Shown here in pieces: positions 18,752 through 27,701 of a DNA stretch of 64,000 nucleotides; positions within the stretch are counted from its first letter, which is position 1, and each line of letters opens with the position of its first letter. Under the pieces are notes generated by a model, which was given only the letters and a program-made list of their open reading frames with translations, was not told the DNA's origin and searched no databases. This DNA is from a virus. The stretch covers positions 28,454 to 92,453 of IMG/VR virus record IMGVR_UViG_3300027365_000010. One strand, 5' to 3'. The translations under genes were made by a program, and so were the position numbers.

Positions 18752-19423
18752 ATGCCTAGTGTATTTGATAAATATGGCGTTCCTAATGATGACAGTCAGG
18801 TAGAAGCGCAAATTCAACCAAAACTACAATACCGTTTCAAAATCGAATTTGATGGTATGGGCGGTGTAACCGATACATTTGCTGCTACTAAAAACGTAGT
18901 AGATGTCACAATTCCAACATTCGAACAAGAACCAGTACAGATTGATAGTTATGTATCTCGTTACTATGTAGCAGGGAAGCATACCCTTGGTACATTTAAC
19001 GTAAACCTACGTAACGACGCAAATAACACTGTTGCTGGGTTGGTTCAAGCACAGCTTGATCGTCAACATAACCCATATCACCAAAGTCACGCACCCTCTG
19101 CTGGTGCTATAAAGTTCAACACAAAGATAATGATGTTGAACGGCTCTAATGGTGATGCAGAATGGCCGCAAGGCGGTGGTTCAGGTGCTGAAATAACCGA
19201 AGCTTGGTTCATCACCGGATGCTGGATAACCAACGTTGAATGGGGTTCGCTAAACTACAGTACTGGTGATCCTGTACAGATTTCACTAACTCTACGTCCT
19301 GATAACGTATTCCATATTACTAATGCAATGGGATCTAGTCAAGATGTGAACTTTAGTAACTCTACTGCATTAGAAAGCTTCGAATTCCAAGACACAGTTG
19401 ATGGTAACAACTCTGCTGTTTAA
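18752..19423 (+). CDS. Tail tube protein (T4 gp19-like) 1
   Basis: QPKLQYRFKIEF, YVAGKHT, W-x-x-x-GCW, LNYS...ISLTLRPD tube-fold pattern. Confidence 0.8.
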   Translation: MPSVFDKYGVPNDDSQVEAQIQPKLQYRFKIEFDGMGGVTDTFAATKNVVDVTIPTFEQEPVQIDSYVSRYYVAGKHTLGTFNVNLRNDANNTVAGLVQAQLDRQHNPYHQSHAPSAGAIKFNTKIMMLNGSNGDAEWPQGGGSGAEITEAWFITGCWITNVEWGSLNYSTGDPVQISLTLRPDNVFHITNAMGSSQDVNFSNSTALESFEFQDTVDGNNSAV

Positions 19424-19436
19424 CTAAGGGGTTAAT

Positions 19437-20198
19437 ATGGCTTTATATGCTAAATATGGCATCCCAATAGATGGTCTGAGCCCACGGGATGTCGCGATTC
19501 AGCCTAAGCTTAAATTTAAATTTAGAGTTAGATTTGTAAACTTTGGGGGGCTGGAATCAGCCTCCTATTCGTTTGACTCTACTCAACAAGCAATCAGTGT
19601 TGGTAGACCAAAGGTGACCTTTGAGGCTACTGAACTAGGAACGTATGCTGGTTCAATAAAAGTTTTCAATAAACCTAAGTTTGAAAATATCACCGTAACA
19701 TTTCGTGACGATATTGCCAACTCTTTAAGTGAGGCTGTTGCTTCTCAATTGCAAAAGCAATACGACTTTAACGAAGGTAGGTATGCCTTAAGCGGCGGTG
19801 CATGTAAGTTCACAATGATAATAGAAACACTGGATGGTATTAATGAAATGAGAGCAGTTGATGCTTTTAGACTGGAAGGTTGTTTTATCGAAAGTGTGGA
19901 CTTTGGATCATTGAGCTACATGGAGGGTGGACTTAATGAAATTCCATTGGTTATTTCATACGACTACTTAGGTGGTTATTATTCTGAAGTGAATGGTGTT
20001 GAATCTGCTAAACAATTATTCTGGTACGTAACTAGTAATGCGTCAGTAATGGCTACCCCTCCCGAGTCAAAGCTATCAAGCACTGGGGAAGGACAAGGAA
20101 TGTTGGGCGAAGTTACTGATACAGTGACTAATAGCATCTCGTCAGGTGTAAATAGTGTTACTGATAGCGTAAGCGGATTTTTCAATAACGAGGAATAA
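19437..20198 (+). CDS. Tail tube-like protein 2
   Basis: Paralogue: KYGIP...IQPKLKFKFRV, RPKV, FRDD, LEGCFI, YDY. Confidence 0.75.
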   Translation: MALYAKYGIPIDGLSPRDVAIQPKLKFKFRVRFVNFGGLESASYSFDSTQQAISVGRPKVTFEATELGTYAGSIKVFNKPKFENITVTFRDDIANSLSEAVASQLQKQYDFNEGRYALSGGACKFTMIIETLDGINEMRAVDAFRLEGCFIESVDFGSLSYMEGGLNEIPLVISYDYLGGYYSEVNGVESAKQLFWYVTSNASVMATPPESKLSSTGEGQGMLGEVTDTVTNSISSGVNSVTDSVSGFFNNEE

Positions 20199-20200
20199 TA

Positions 20201-21106
20201 ATGAGTTTTGGTAAAATGGACAAGTATGGTGTCCCTATAGACACTGTTGAAGATAAACGTGCTGGACTTATACAGCCCAAATTCAACAGTAGATTTCGTG
20301 TGTTTCTATTAGATTTTGGAACACTTTCTACTACTGCCGCCGTCAAAGACGATGCAAACGTAGGAAGTGAACGATACGCAATCCAACCTAACTCTATTAT
20401 AACTGCTATGGCCGAGTCATTCACGCGTCCTGCGCTAAATTTCAATACTCAAGAAACAAATAGCTTTATTGGTAGAGCAAAATACTCAGGACGATTGAAG
20501 CATGAAAATTTCACTATGATACTACGTGACGATATTACAAACGCGGTAATATCTCAGATATATGCTCAAGCAAAAAAACAAACATATAAGTTTCATCCTA
20601 TTACACAGGATAAGAAGAAATCACCGTACATGGGCATAGATACTAAATTCAAATGTGTGCTACAAGTAATGGATGGTAGAACTAACCATAAGTCTTTGGA
20701 AACATGGACATTTTATGGATGTACAATTGACAGTATCGAAAATACACCAAATTCATACGATGATGGGGTTGGTATATCAAAAATAACACTTAACTGTTCC
20801 TTTGACTATTTTGATATATCACAAGAACGTCGCATAATCCTTCACCCTAGTTTCGCATATGAAGATTCATCGAGAGGACAAGGCGCTCCGAATGGCGGGG
20901 ACCGGGCTCAAGCTGAAGAAGAAGGAGGGTTTTTTGATAATATTTCCGATACTGCGAGTGGCGTATTGGACTCAGGACAGAACCTATTATCTAACGTCAA
21001 AGACCGTGTTTCGGGAGTCTTTACCACAGAAGATGACGTTCGATACATAGACCCTAATGATCCAAGTGTAGGTAATTACGACGGTGATTTGTGGCCACCG
21101 GCCTAA
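20201..21106 (+). CDS. Tail tube-like protein 3
   Basis: Paralogue: KYGVP...IQPKFNSRFRV, RPAL, LRDD, WTFYGCTI, FDY. Confidence 0.75.
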   Translation: MSFGKMDKYGVPIDTVEDKRAGLIQPKFNSRFRVFLLDFGTLSTTAAVKDDANVGSERYAIQPNSIITAMAESFTRPALNFNTQETNSFIGRAKYSGRLKHENFTMILRDDITNAVISQIYAQAKKQTYKFHPITQDKKKSPYMGIDTKFKCVLQVMDGRTNHKSLETWTFYGCTIDSIENTPNSYDDGVGISKITLNCSFDYFDISQERRIILHPSFAYEDSSRGQGAPNGGDRAQAEEEGGFFDNISDTASGVLDSGQNLLSNVKDRVSGVFTTEDDVRYIDPNDPSVGNYDGDLWPPA

Positions 21107-21120
21107 TTAAGGAGTAGAAG

Positions 21121-22332
21121 ATGTCATTTTTACAAGATGATGGCAATCGTGATTTTTTATCACGTGTGAGTGAACGCAGTGGAAATATTTTCGGCGATAT
21201 CCAAAAAGGAGCAACCGAAACTGCGACTCGTCGTGCAGAAGGTGCGCGTGAAGAAGCACTAGCTGCGGTAGGTATGGCTGGTGTAGGTGGCATTGTCGAT
21301 TCTTTCCTTGGTACCGGCGAGCAAATAATTCCACCACAATACAATAGTGCTGCAAGTGAAGTGCGTGAAGAGAAGCTATTTCTTGATTCTTACGCATATG
21401 GTAACAATGAATTCTTCAATTCAGTAGTACAAGATGCTGAATTCAAGTACAACACTAGTCATCCTATGATGAAGAGTCTTTTCTTGGTTGACTTTGAATT
21501 CAACACCGCTATTGTTCCTAACAGCAAGCGTTTAAAATCAAAATACCCAAGAAGTACTTCGTTCTTACTTAAGAACATGACATTTCCAAGTGCCGAAATC
21601 GAGATGGAGGCTGTAAATCAGTACAACCATCATCGTAATGTACCTAAGAGACTTGTGTACACTCCAATAACTTGTCGTTTTGGTGATATTTACCAAACCT
21701 ACAAAGACGACGACAGTAAAATAAGTATTTTAGATCTATATAAAGAATATATGTCATATTACTTTAACGATTTTGAAGTAGATCAAACAGGTTATCACTT
21801 TGGTCATAACAGTGATCGTGACGATAAACAATTTATCAATGCAATTTCTATTTACTTTTTCTGGGCTGATGGTGCAAAAAAGATACGCGTAGTCAACCCC
21901 ATGATCAAGTCATTCGTTTATGATGAACTTAGTTACGAGAGTGAAGAACAGCTTGCCGCTACATGTAACATAGAATATGAATACATTGATATGTCAAATA
22001 TCAATATGACCTATGATCAATTCCTGACTGAAGCAGACAATGTATTGACGCATTTAACCAACGGTCTGCAAGATACTGAAGTATCTGATGTATATGCCAA
22101 TTCCAATGAATTGCGTCCAAGTGTAGAGGTTGTTGATAACCAAAGAGACCTCGCATTAGACAATCCAGTCGCACAAAGCATGATACGTTTGGCTGAAATT
22201 GAGGCTGTAGACGCCGCAGATGGTTTTCTGAATTCAGATAACCCACTTGAACGTGCTATAGGACAGCAAGGTGTGAATATCGCCACAGGAGCTACAGGCG
22301 GTGTTGGCGGATTCTTAGGAGGACTATTCTAA
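21121..22332 (+). CDS. Baseplate-tube junction/tube initiator-like protein (gp48/gp54-like)
   Basis: Central tube-fold-like region (NQYNH...YTPITCRFGD...NPMIKSFVYDELSY...IEYE) directly after the tube cluster. Confidence 0.5.
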   Translation: MSFLQDDGNRDFLSRVSERSGNIFGDIQKGATETATRRAEGAREEALAAVGMAGVGGIVDSFLGTGEQIIPPQYNSAASEVREEKLFLDSYAYGNNEFFNSVVQDAEFKYNTSHPMMKSLFLVDFEFNTAIVPNSKRLKSKYPRSTSFLLKNMTFPSAEIEMEAVNQYNHHRNVPKRLVYTPITCRFGDIYQTYKDDDSKISILDLYKEYMSYYFNDFEVDQTGYHFGHNSDRDDKQFINAISIYFFWADGAKKIRVVNPMIKSFVYDELSYESEEQLAATCNIEYEYIDMSNINMTYDQFLTEADNVLTHLTNGLQDTEVSDVYANSNELRPSVEVVDNQRDLALDNPVAQSMIRLAEIEAVDAADGFLNSDNPLERAIGQQGVNIATGATGGVGGFLGGLF

Positions 22333-22610
22333 TGGAAAACAAACAATATTTTGATCAAATAAAAGGTATCCTTTTGAAAGAGGGATACAACTCTTATGAT
22401 ATTGATAGCCGTGTTTCTGCTGTAATAAATTACTGTAATCGTAATAACATAAATGCGATAGCATTTTTAGAAAATGGTATTGATGGTAAAGAAATAACTA
22501 AAGAGATGGTTGATATACTAAATACATATCGCCCAAACACTTCTTTTGTTACTAAACGTAGACACCAAGTTATACCAAATAAGTTTATTAGGAGATCGAT
22601 AATTGGATAA
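22332..22610 (+). CDS. Hypothetical protein
   Basis: Coupled ORF in the structural operon. Confidence 0.65.
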   Translation: MENKQYFDQIKGILLKEGYNSYDIDSRVSAVINYCNRNNINAIAFLENGIDGKEITKEMVDILNTYRPNTSFVTKRRHQVIPNKFIRRSIIG

Positions 22611-23085
22611 GCGCTGGCATCAGGGTCGATTTTACCCAAAAAACCGCGAAAAATACATTGGTGATAATATTAACAAAATCACATATCGTTCAAGTTGGGA
22701 GCTGAAGATGTGTGAAATGTGCGATGAGCATCCCAATATTGTTTTCTGGGCATCTGAGTCATTATCTATTAAATATAGACATCCTTTTACCAAAAAAATC
22801 TCAAACTATGTTCCCGATTTCTTTGTAATATATACTGATGTACGTGGACGAAAGTACTCAGAACTAGTTGAAATTAAACCTATGGAGCAAGCAAATCCTA
22901 AGTACGCCAAAAGTAAAAAAGACAAGGAAGCGTTTGTTATAAATCAAGCCAAATGGGAAGCTGCTAAAATATTTTGTAAAAAAAGAGGAATACGGTTCAG
23001 AATTGTAACTGAAGCTGAGATATATCGTAATACTAAATATAGTAAAGGTATTAAGAAGAATCGACCTAAAACAAGACGAAGATAG
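22603..23085 (+). CDS. Head completion nuclease (T4 gp4-like, TnsA-type PD-(D/E)xK)
   Basis: YRSSWE, WASE, YVPDF, EIKP, NQAKWEAA motifs. Confidence 0.9.
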   Translation: MDKRWHQGRFYPKNREKYIGDNINKITYRSSWELKMCEMCDEHPNIVFWASESLSIKYRHPFTKKISNYVPDFFVIYTDVRGRKYSELVEIKPMEQANPKYAKSKKDKEAFVINQAKWEAAKIFCKKRGIRFRIVTEAEIYRNTKYSKGIKKNRPKTRRR

Positions 23086-23092
23086 GTGTACA

Positions 23093-23716
23093 ATGTCAAA
23101 TAAAACTCCGTTGGAAGAAACCTTTAATCTTCCTTCTATCGAAGATATTAATAAAGAATTCAGTAATGAAAATATTGAAAACTCAAAAGACGATGATACT
23201 GATGAATTAGACGATATGAAGGATTATCTGGCTGAGCTTGAAGATTCTGATTGGGATGAAAATGAAATGGAAAATCCCGAAGATCTAAAAAAGCAAATAG
23301 CTGAAACACAAAAAAAGTTAAACGAACTTGAAGAACAGAAGCGTCAGCTAAAAAGTTTGAGAAAATACCATAGTGACGTTGATAATATTCACACCACTGC
23401 TATGAATAAGTTTGATGAAATTATGACAGTGGCGATGACTATGGAAGCCAATGCTGGTTCAAAATATTTAGCAAGTGCTACTAAGCTACTAGACATTGCC
23501 CTCAATGCTAAGAACTCTGCAATGGATCGTGAAATTGAAATGGCCAAGTTGCAGCTTAGAAAAGAAAAGCAAGACCATGATATGAATAAACCTAAAACAA
23601 AGGATGTTTATTATGAAGACGGCGATACGCCACCACAGGAAGGTTCCGAGGGGGCAGGTGAAGAATTTGATCGGAATCAACTATTAGGGGATTTCGAAAA
23701 GCCTACGAAAAAATAG
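23093..23716 (+). CDS. Helical/coiled-coil protein, possible terminase small subunit
   Basis: Acidic N-terminus, long helices, C-terminal DRNQLL; located in a head-assembly context. Function is inference only. Confidence 0.35.
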   Translation: MSNKTPLEETFNLPSIEDINKEFSNENIENSKDDDTDELDDMKDYLAELEDSDWDENEMENPEDLKKQIAETQKKLNELEEQKRQLKSLRKYHSDVDNIHTTAMNKFDEIMTVAMTMEANAGSKYLASATKLLDIALNAKNSAMDREIEMAKLQLRKEKQDHDMNKPKTKDVYYEDGDTPPQEGSEGAGEEFDRNQLLGDFEKPTKK

Positions 23717-23737
23717 GACTCAGTGAGTCCTATTTTT
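23709..23737. terminator. Bidirectional terminator between convergent operons
   Basis: AAAAATAGGACTCA-G-TGAGTCCTATTTTT. Confidence 0.8.
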
Positions 23738-23739
23738 GT

Positions 23740-24282
23740 TTAAATAACAATAGTAGTACATGCACTTCCGACAGTAGGACAGAATGTTGAAACGGTTTCC
23801 ATCGCTTTATGAATCAATGGTATTACCTCGTCGGTTGTCATATTTCGTATATCTCGATCTTTTAAGTAAGTGTGCATGGCACCTAGTGCATACTCATAAC
23901 CACTACCAACCGCGTTAATCCCATTAACAGAACGAAGAATGGAAAAGTCTGATTGCAACTCCCATAGCTGACCTTGTACGCCAATCAGGCAATTACCGCC
24001 ACCATTCAACTTACCTTTTTCCAGCTCATTTTGGCAGTGTGGTACAAACTCTTTGACCAACCATGGATAAATTTGAGATTGTGTTGTTGGGACAAAATCT
24101 TTGGTCATAGAATGCTCAATAATTTGCCCAAAGCGATAACTTGAGGTATATCCAAATCCCATGTCTCCATTTTTAAATACTTTTGGTTGTGTATGAACAA
24201 TCTTATTATTTCGTCCAGAACCTTGGATGTCACCACCAATAACAACTTTATCTCCCACTTCAACACCAATAATACACGTCAT
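23740..24282 (-). CDS. HslV/proteasome-beta-like Ntn peptidase
   Basis: N-terminal (M)TCIIG nucleophile Thr, GD, PKVF, AVGSG motifs. Confidence 0.8.
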   Translation of the reverse strand: MTCIIGVEVGDKVVIGGDIQGSGRNNKIVHTQPKVFKNGDMGFGYTSSYRFGQIIEHSMTKDFVPTTQSQIYPWLVKEFVPHCQNELEKGKLNGGGNCLIGVQGQLWELQSDFSILRSVNGINAVGSGYEYALGAMHTYLKDRDIRNMTTDEVIPLIHKAMETVSTFCPTVGSACTTIVI

Positions 24283-24287
24283 ATTTT

Positions 24288-24611
24288 TTACTCCTGTTTA
24301 AAATTTTCTATATTTGTTTTACCCCGTATCAATCTATCTTCTGTTACAAAGTCAACGATGGTGTTTTTCACCTCATAAACAATAACAGTTTGACCAACTG
24401 GGATAGTATAGAGCTTGTCGTTGTCTTCATTTAATACGACAAACTCTTTTGTTACAATTAATTCTTCACGCAACTTCAAACTATCTTCGACCATACCTAA
24501 GCGGGTATCTATAGCTGACATGAAACGTCGAATTCGTCTCACTACCAATATCACTGTGGATGTTATGGTTATCAAAGCTGCAATTATTCCCACAATAGCT
24601 ATCAAATCCAT
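24288..24611 (-). CDS. N-terminally anchored hypothetical protein
   Basis: Hydrophobic N-terminal helix followed by RRIRR. Confidence 0.65.
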   Translation of the reverse strand: MDLIAIVGIIAALITITSTVILVVRRIRRFMSAIDTRLGMVEDSLKLREELIVTKEFVVLNEDNDKLYTIPVGQTVIVYEVKNTIVDFVTEDRLIRGKTNIENFKQE

Positions 24612-24620
24612 GATGGTTCC

Positions 24621-25979
24621 TTATAGAATGATTTCCAAGCTTCGAACAGAAGCTTCTTTTTGCTCTTTAACCCTTTCAAAACTATCAGCTTCATTCTTGT
24701 CTTTACGAATTTCTATAAAACGTGGGTTACTTAATGTGAAATATTCGTTCTCATCACTCTTGGATATATCACATGCCTTCACAGTTACAATTTTACCAAC
24801 TATCTTAGATGGGTCTTTGTAAAATGCTTCGCGTTCAGAATCCTTAAAGCCGCCGCCAACATCTGTAACTAATAGTCCATCAGATGTTTTTGCAGTTATA
24901 CGTCCTAGCATGTTTTCATATTTCTTACCTTTATCGCCTTCTAGAACATCGGTGACTACTAGATCTACTTCAAAGACAAGCTTTATTTTCACTTGATCAG
25001 TGCTAGTACCATCCTTCCAAACGCTGTCCTTGTTTTTAACCACACTTCCTTCGAGACCTTTACTAACATTCGATTTGAAATGCTCAACGATCTCGTCCAC
25101 GGTTTCTACTTCGCGGGTATCAACGATACGGAACGAATAATTAAGGTTCGGAACTACTTTACACAACTTCTTATAGGTCTCAGAGTACGGCTGTGATGAC
25201 TTACCTGCGGTCCATTCATCGATGGGTATCATATCCCATAAACTAAATACGATGCGCGTAGGATCGACCTCATCACCGTTGAGATACCCGTTACCAGATT
25301 GCCTATCCATGATTTCACCATTTTCATCCTTAACTAGGGCTTCACCCATAAGAACATGGCCATCGGCATTATGTTTTAATAAATTCTCATTTTCGTGATT
25401 ATGCCAAGCAAAATATCCACCACTACGAGATCTGTATTCTACGACACCATCATTCACAACAATATCAACATACATTCCATCTTCTTTAAGTTGAGAAATA
25501 GCAGGTAACTTAATCTTCTTCAGGTTTTTCTCAGTAAATGATGAACAACGCCTATATGGATGTACGTATATAAGATCGTCCCAGATTTTATTAATAGTTT
25601 TATCGCTTACTCCACAACGCAGTGTACGATCAATCACACACTGCAACACATTTTGGTCTTCAGGGAGAAGTTTTCCAGAAATATCAAATAAAAGGTCTTT
25701 TGCTGCATTACCACGAATACCTTCATTCAAAAGCTTTTCTTCTAAAATATCCAGAGCTTCGTTTAAACCAATGATCGTTCTATCATCTTCCTGTTCCATA
25801 AGCTCTTTCTTGTCATATTCAACAATATTAAAAACATGTCTTGGATCTAATGCTAAAAACGCAACCCGTTTGAAAATATCATTTAGATCTGACGCTTTTA
25901 TTTCTTCCAATATTGCTTCTTTTTCTTTACGTTTTGTCGTTGAGCCTAGAGCCTGTAATGCTTCATTTACATTTTTCAT
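24621..25979 (-). CDS. ATP-dependent DNA ligase (T4 gp30-like)
   Basis: Motif I QLKEDG, MGEAL, EGSVVKN, KIK, GGGF, PRFIEIRKDK. Confidence 0.95.
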   Translation of the reverse strand: MKNVNEALQALGSTTKRKEKEAILEEIKASDLNDIFKRVAFLALDPRHVFNIVEYDKKELMEQEDDRTIIGLNEALDILEEKLLNEGIRGNAAKDLLFDISGKLLPEDQNVLQCVIDRTLRCGVSDKTINKIWDDLIYVHPYRRCSSFTEKNLKKIKLPAISQLKEDGMYVDIVVNDGVVEYRSRSGGYFAWHNHENENLLKHNADGHVLMGEALVKDENGEIMDRQSGNGYLNGDEVDPTRIVFSLWDMIPIDEWTAGKSSQPYSETYKKLCKVVPNLNYSFRIVDTREVETVDEIVEHFKSNVSKGLEGSVVKNKDSVWKDGTSTDQVKIKLVFEVDLVVTDVLEGDKGKKYENMLGRITAKTSDGLLVTDVGGGFKDSEREAFYKDPSKIVGKIVTVKACDISKSDENEYFTLSNPRFIEIRKDKNEADSFERVKEQKEASVRSLEIIL

Positions 25980-25983
25980 TTAT

Positions 25984-26304
25984 TCACCAATTCATTTTAT
26001 CTTCAGTAATATTAAATATTTCCACAATTCCAGCATTAGTCACATAGCTGACAATGAATCTTTTCATCTCCACTGTCCCATCTGGTTTTTTATCGCTTAT
26101 GATATGAGCCTTTTTAAGCGCTCTTGTAGGGGAATAATGTTTTTCGAAATCATATACAATGTTCTCACCTTTGAATATTAACTCGGATATAGCATCCTTA
26201 AGAAAGTCAGGTACATTCTCTTCACATTCGGGTTTAATCATGATCATTCCTTTTGTCATCCTGTTCATTAAATATATCAAGGGGTGGAATTGAGCCAATT
26301 TCAT
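25984..26304 (-). CDS. Hypothetical protein
   Basis: ORF in the minus-strand operon; true start probably the internal MIMIKPEC. Confidence 0.55.
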   Translation of the reverse strand: MKLAQFHPLIYLMNRMTKGMIMIKPECEENVPDFLKDAISELIFKGENIVYDFEKHYSPTRALKKAHIISDKKPDGTVEMKRFIVSYVTNAGIVEIFNITEDKMNW

Positions 26305-26737
26305 TATTCGCGCTATCAGATAGTGATTCTTTCAAAGCATTAAAAACCACACCGTCACCACGTTGTAACAACTCTTTATGTTCCTTGCGTATTTCAGCGA
26401 ATGAAATATTTCCATCTTGATTCTTTGTGATTGGATAATCTTGGAGCAACTGCTTCTGTATATCAGTAACTTCAGTCAATGATTCATCAGGGTTTTCACT
26501 TTCAATAAGCGTTTTATGCATATCACTGTTAAGTCCGGTATCATACCAAGCCTCACAATACTCACCACGTTTACACGTGCCATTTTTACCCACACCATAT
26601 ATTGGTGTGTCCTTACATGGCGATACTACTACATCAGAATCGGTCTCGTATTCTGATTCATCGATAGGTCGGATAACCTTACCTTCAGAAATGATATACT
26701 TACCATCACTGTCTTCTCGTACTTTAGCCATAACCAT
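26234..26737 (-). CDS. Hypothetical protein
   Basis: 167-aa ORF with GAGG RBS and upstream TTGACA. Confidence 0.7.
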   Translation of the reverse strand: MVMAKVREDSDGKYIISEGKVIRPIDESEYETDSDVVVSPCKDTPIYGVGKNGTCKRGEYCEAWYDTGLNSDMHKTLIESENPDESLTEVTDIQKQLLQDYPITKNQDGNISFAEIRKEHKELLQRGDGVVFNALKESLSDSANNEIGSIPPLDIFNEQDDKRNDHD

Positions 26738-26976
26738 AACCTCATTTCTTAAGTCGATATTACAACCAAACAGTTATCTGTCAAGTATCTATTCACTATT
26801 TCTTAGAAAGGGTTTTTCTATACTTCCCAGTAACAACACTATGGTGGAACTTGCCCTTACGATTATCTCTATTCAACGACTTAATATTGTTTGTGTGATA
26901 GATAAACTTGACAATCATCATTAAAATAATTATCATAAAAATAAATACCATATTAAACTCCATAAAGGTAATTAGC

Positions 26977-27132
26977 ATGATTGTATGCATTTGTCAAAAT
27001 GTAAATGATAAGACAGTAGAACAATACAAACAGGAAGGAAAAACATTAAAAGATTTAGCGTCTGACTACAACATCTGTAGCGGTTGTAGAAAGTGTCTTA
27101 GTCATTTTAAAGAAACTTTTTCCAAAGACTGA
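26977..27132 (+). CDS. Bacterioferritin-associated ferredoxin-like [2Fe-2S] protein
   Basis: MIVCIC...CSGCRKC (CxC ... CxxC BFD pattern), 51 aa. Confidence 0.75.
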   Translation: MIVCICQNVNDKTVEQYKQEGKTLKDLASDYNICSGCRKCLSHFKETFSKD

Positions 27133-27135
27133 CCA

Positions 27136-27351
27136 TCACGTTCTTTTCAAGAACATATACGTTTCCATATTTTTTTCATGGAAATAAAACACCACTGTAT
27201 TAGCCATAGGCTCTACTAATGCAATACCACCTGCCAATGCTAATGATCCCGTAAATAAGTACGCGATACTAAAACCAACCATAAAATGTATTACACAAAA
27301 TGTTAACGTTTTTAACACACTTTCATACTTAATAACCATAACCATAATCAT
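27136..27351 (-). CDS. DUF2061-like small membrane protein
   Basis: KTLTF..IHF.V.F..AYL.TGS....G.IAL.EP..NTV..YFHEK pattern. Confidence 0.75.
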   Translation of the reverse strand: MIMVMVIKYESVLKTLTFCVIHFMVGFSIAYLFTGSLALAGGIALVEPMANTVVFYFHEKNMETYMFLKRT

Positions 27352-27412
27352 CTCCCACTTTAGTATTTATTATAGTGAAACATAATTATAAGCAATAATC
27401 TAATAGTTATTA

Positions 27413-27658
27413 TCAATCAGCTTTATGTGTTTTGTTAACTAAGTGATAACCGTTGATCCCAAAAAGAATGATATTAACTACTAGAATAGAAATAAATCCC
27501 ATGACACTACCGGCATTCAACGTAAGCAATATACCGTATAAAACGAATACAAAAGAGCCTATCATGTTTATCATTCGCACAGTCCGTATATTCCTAAAAC
27601 AAAAACTAAGAACCACAAAAAAGGTAGCGATTATTCCAACTAATTCAATAAAAAGCAT
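27413..27658 (-). CDS. YgjV-like three-helix membrane protein
   Basis: ELVGIIAT...LSF....RTVRMINMIGSFVFVLYGIL pattern. Confidence 0.6.
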   Translation of the reverse strand: MLFIELVGIIATFFVVLSFCFRNIRTVRMINMIGSFVFVLYGILLTLNAGSVMGFISILVVNIILFGINGYHLVNKTHKAD

Positions 27659-27701
27659 ACTATACCTCCTGTGTATAGTATGCCATATTTTCTAACCATG
27701 T

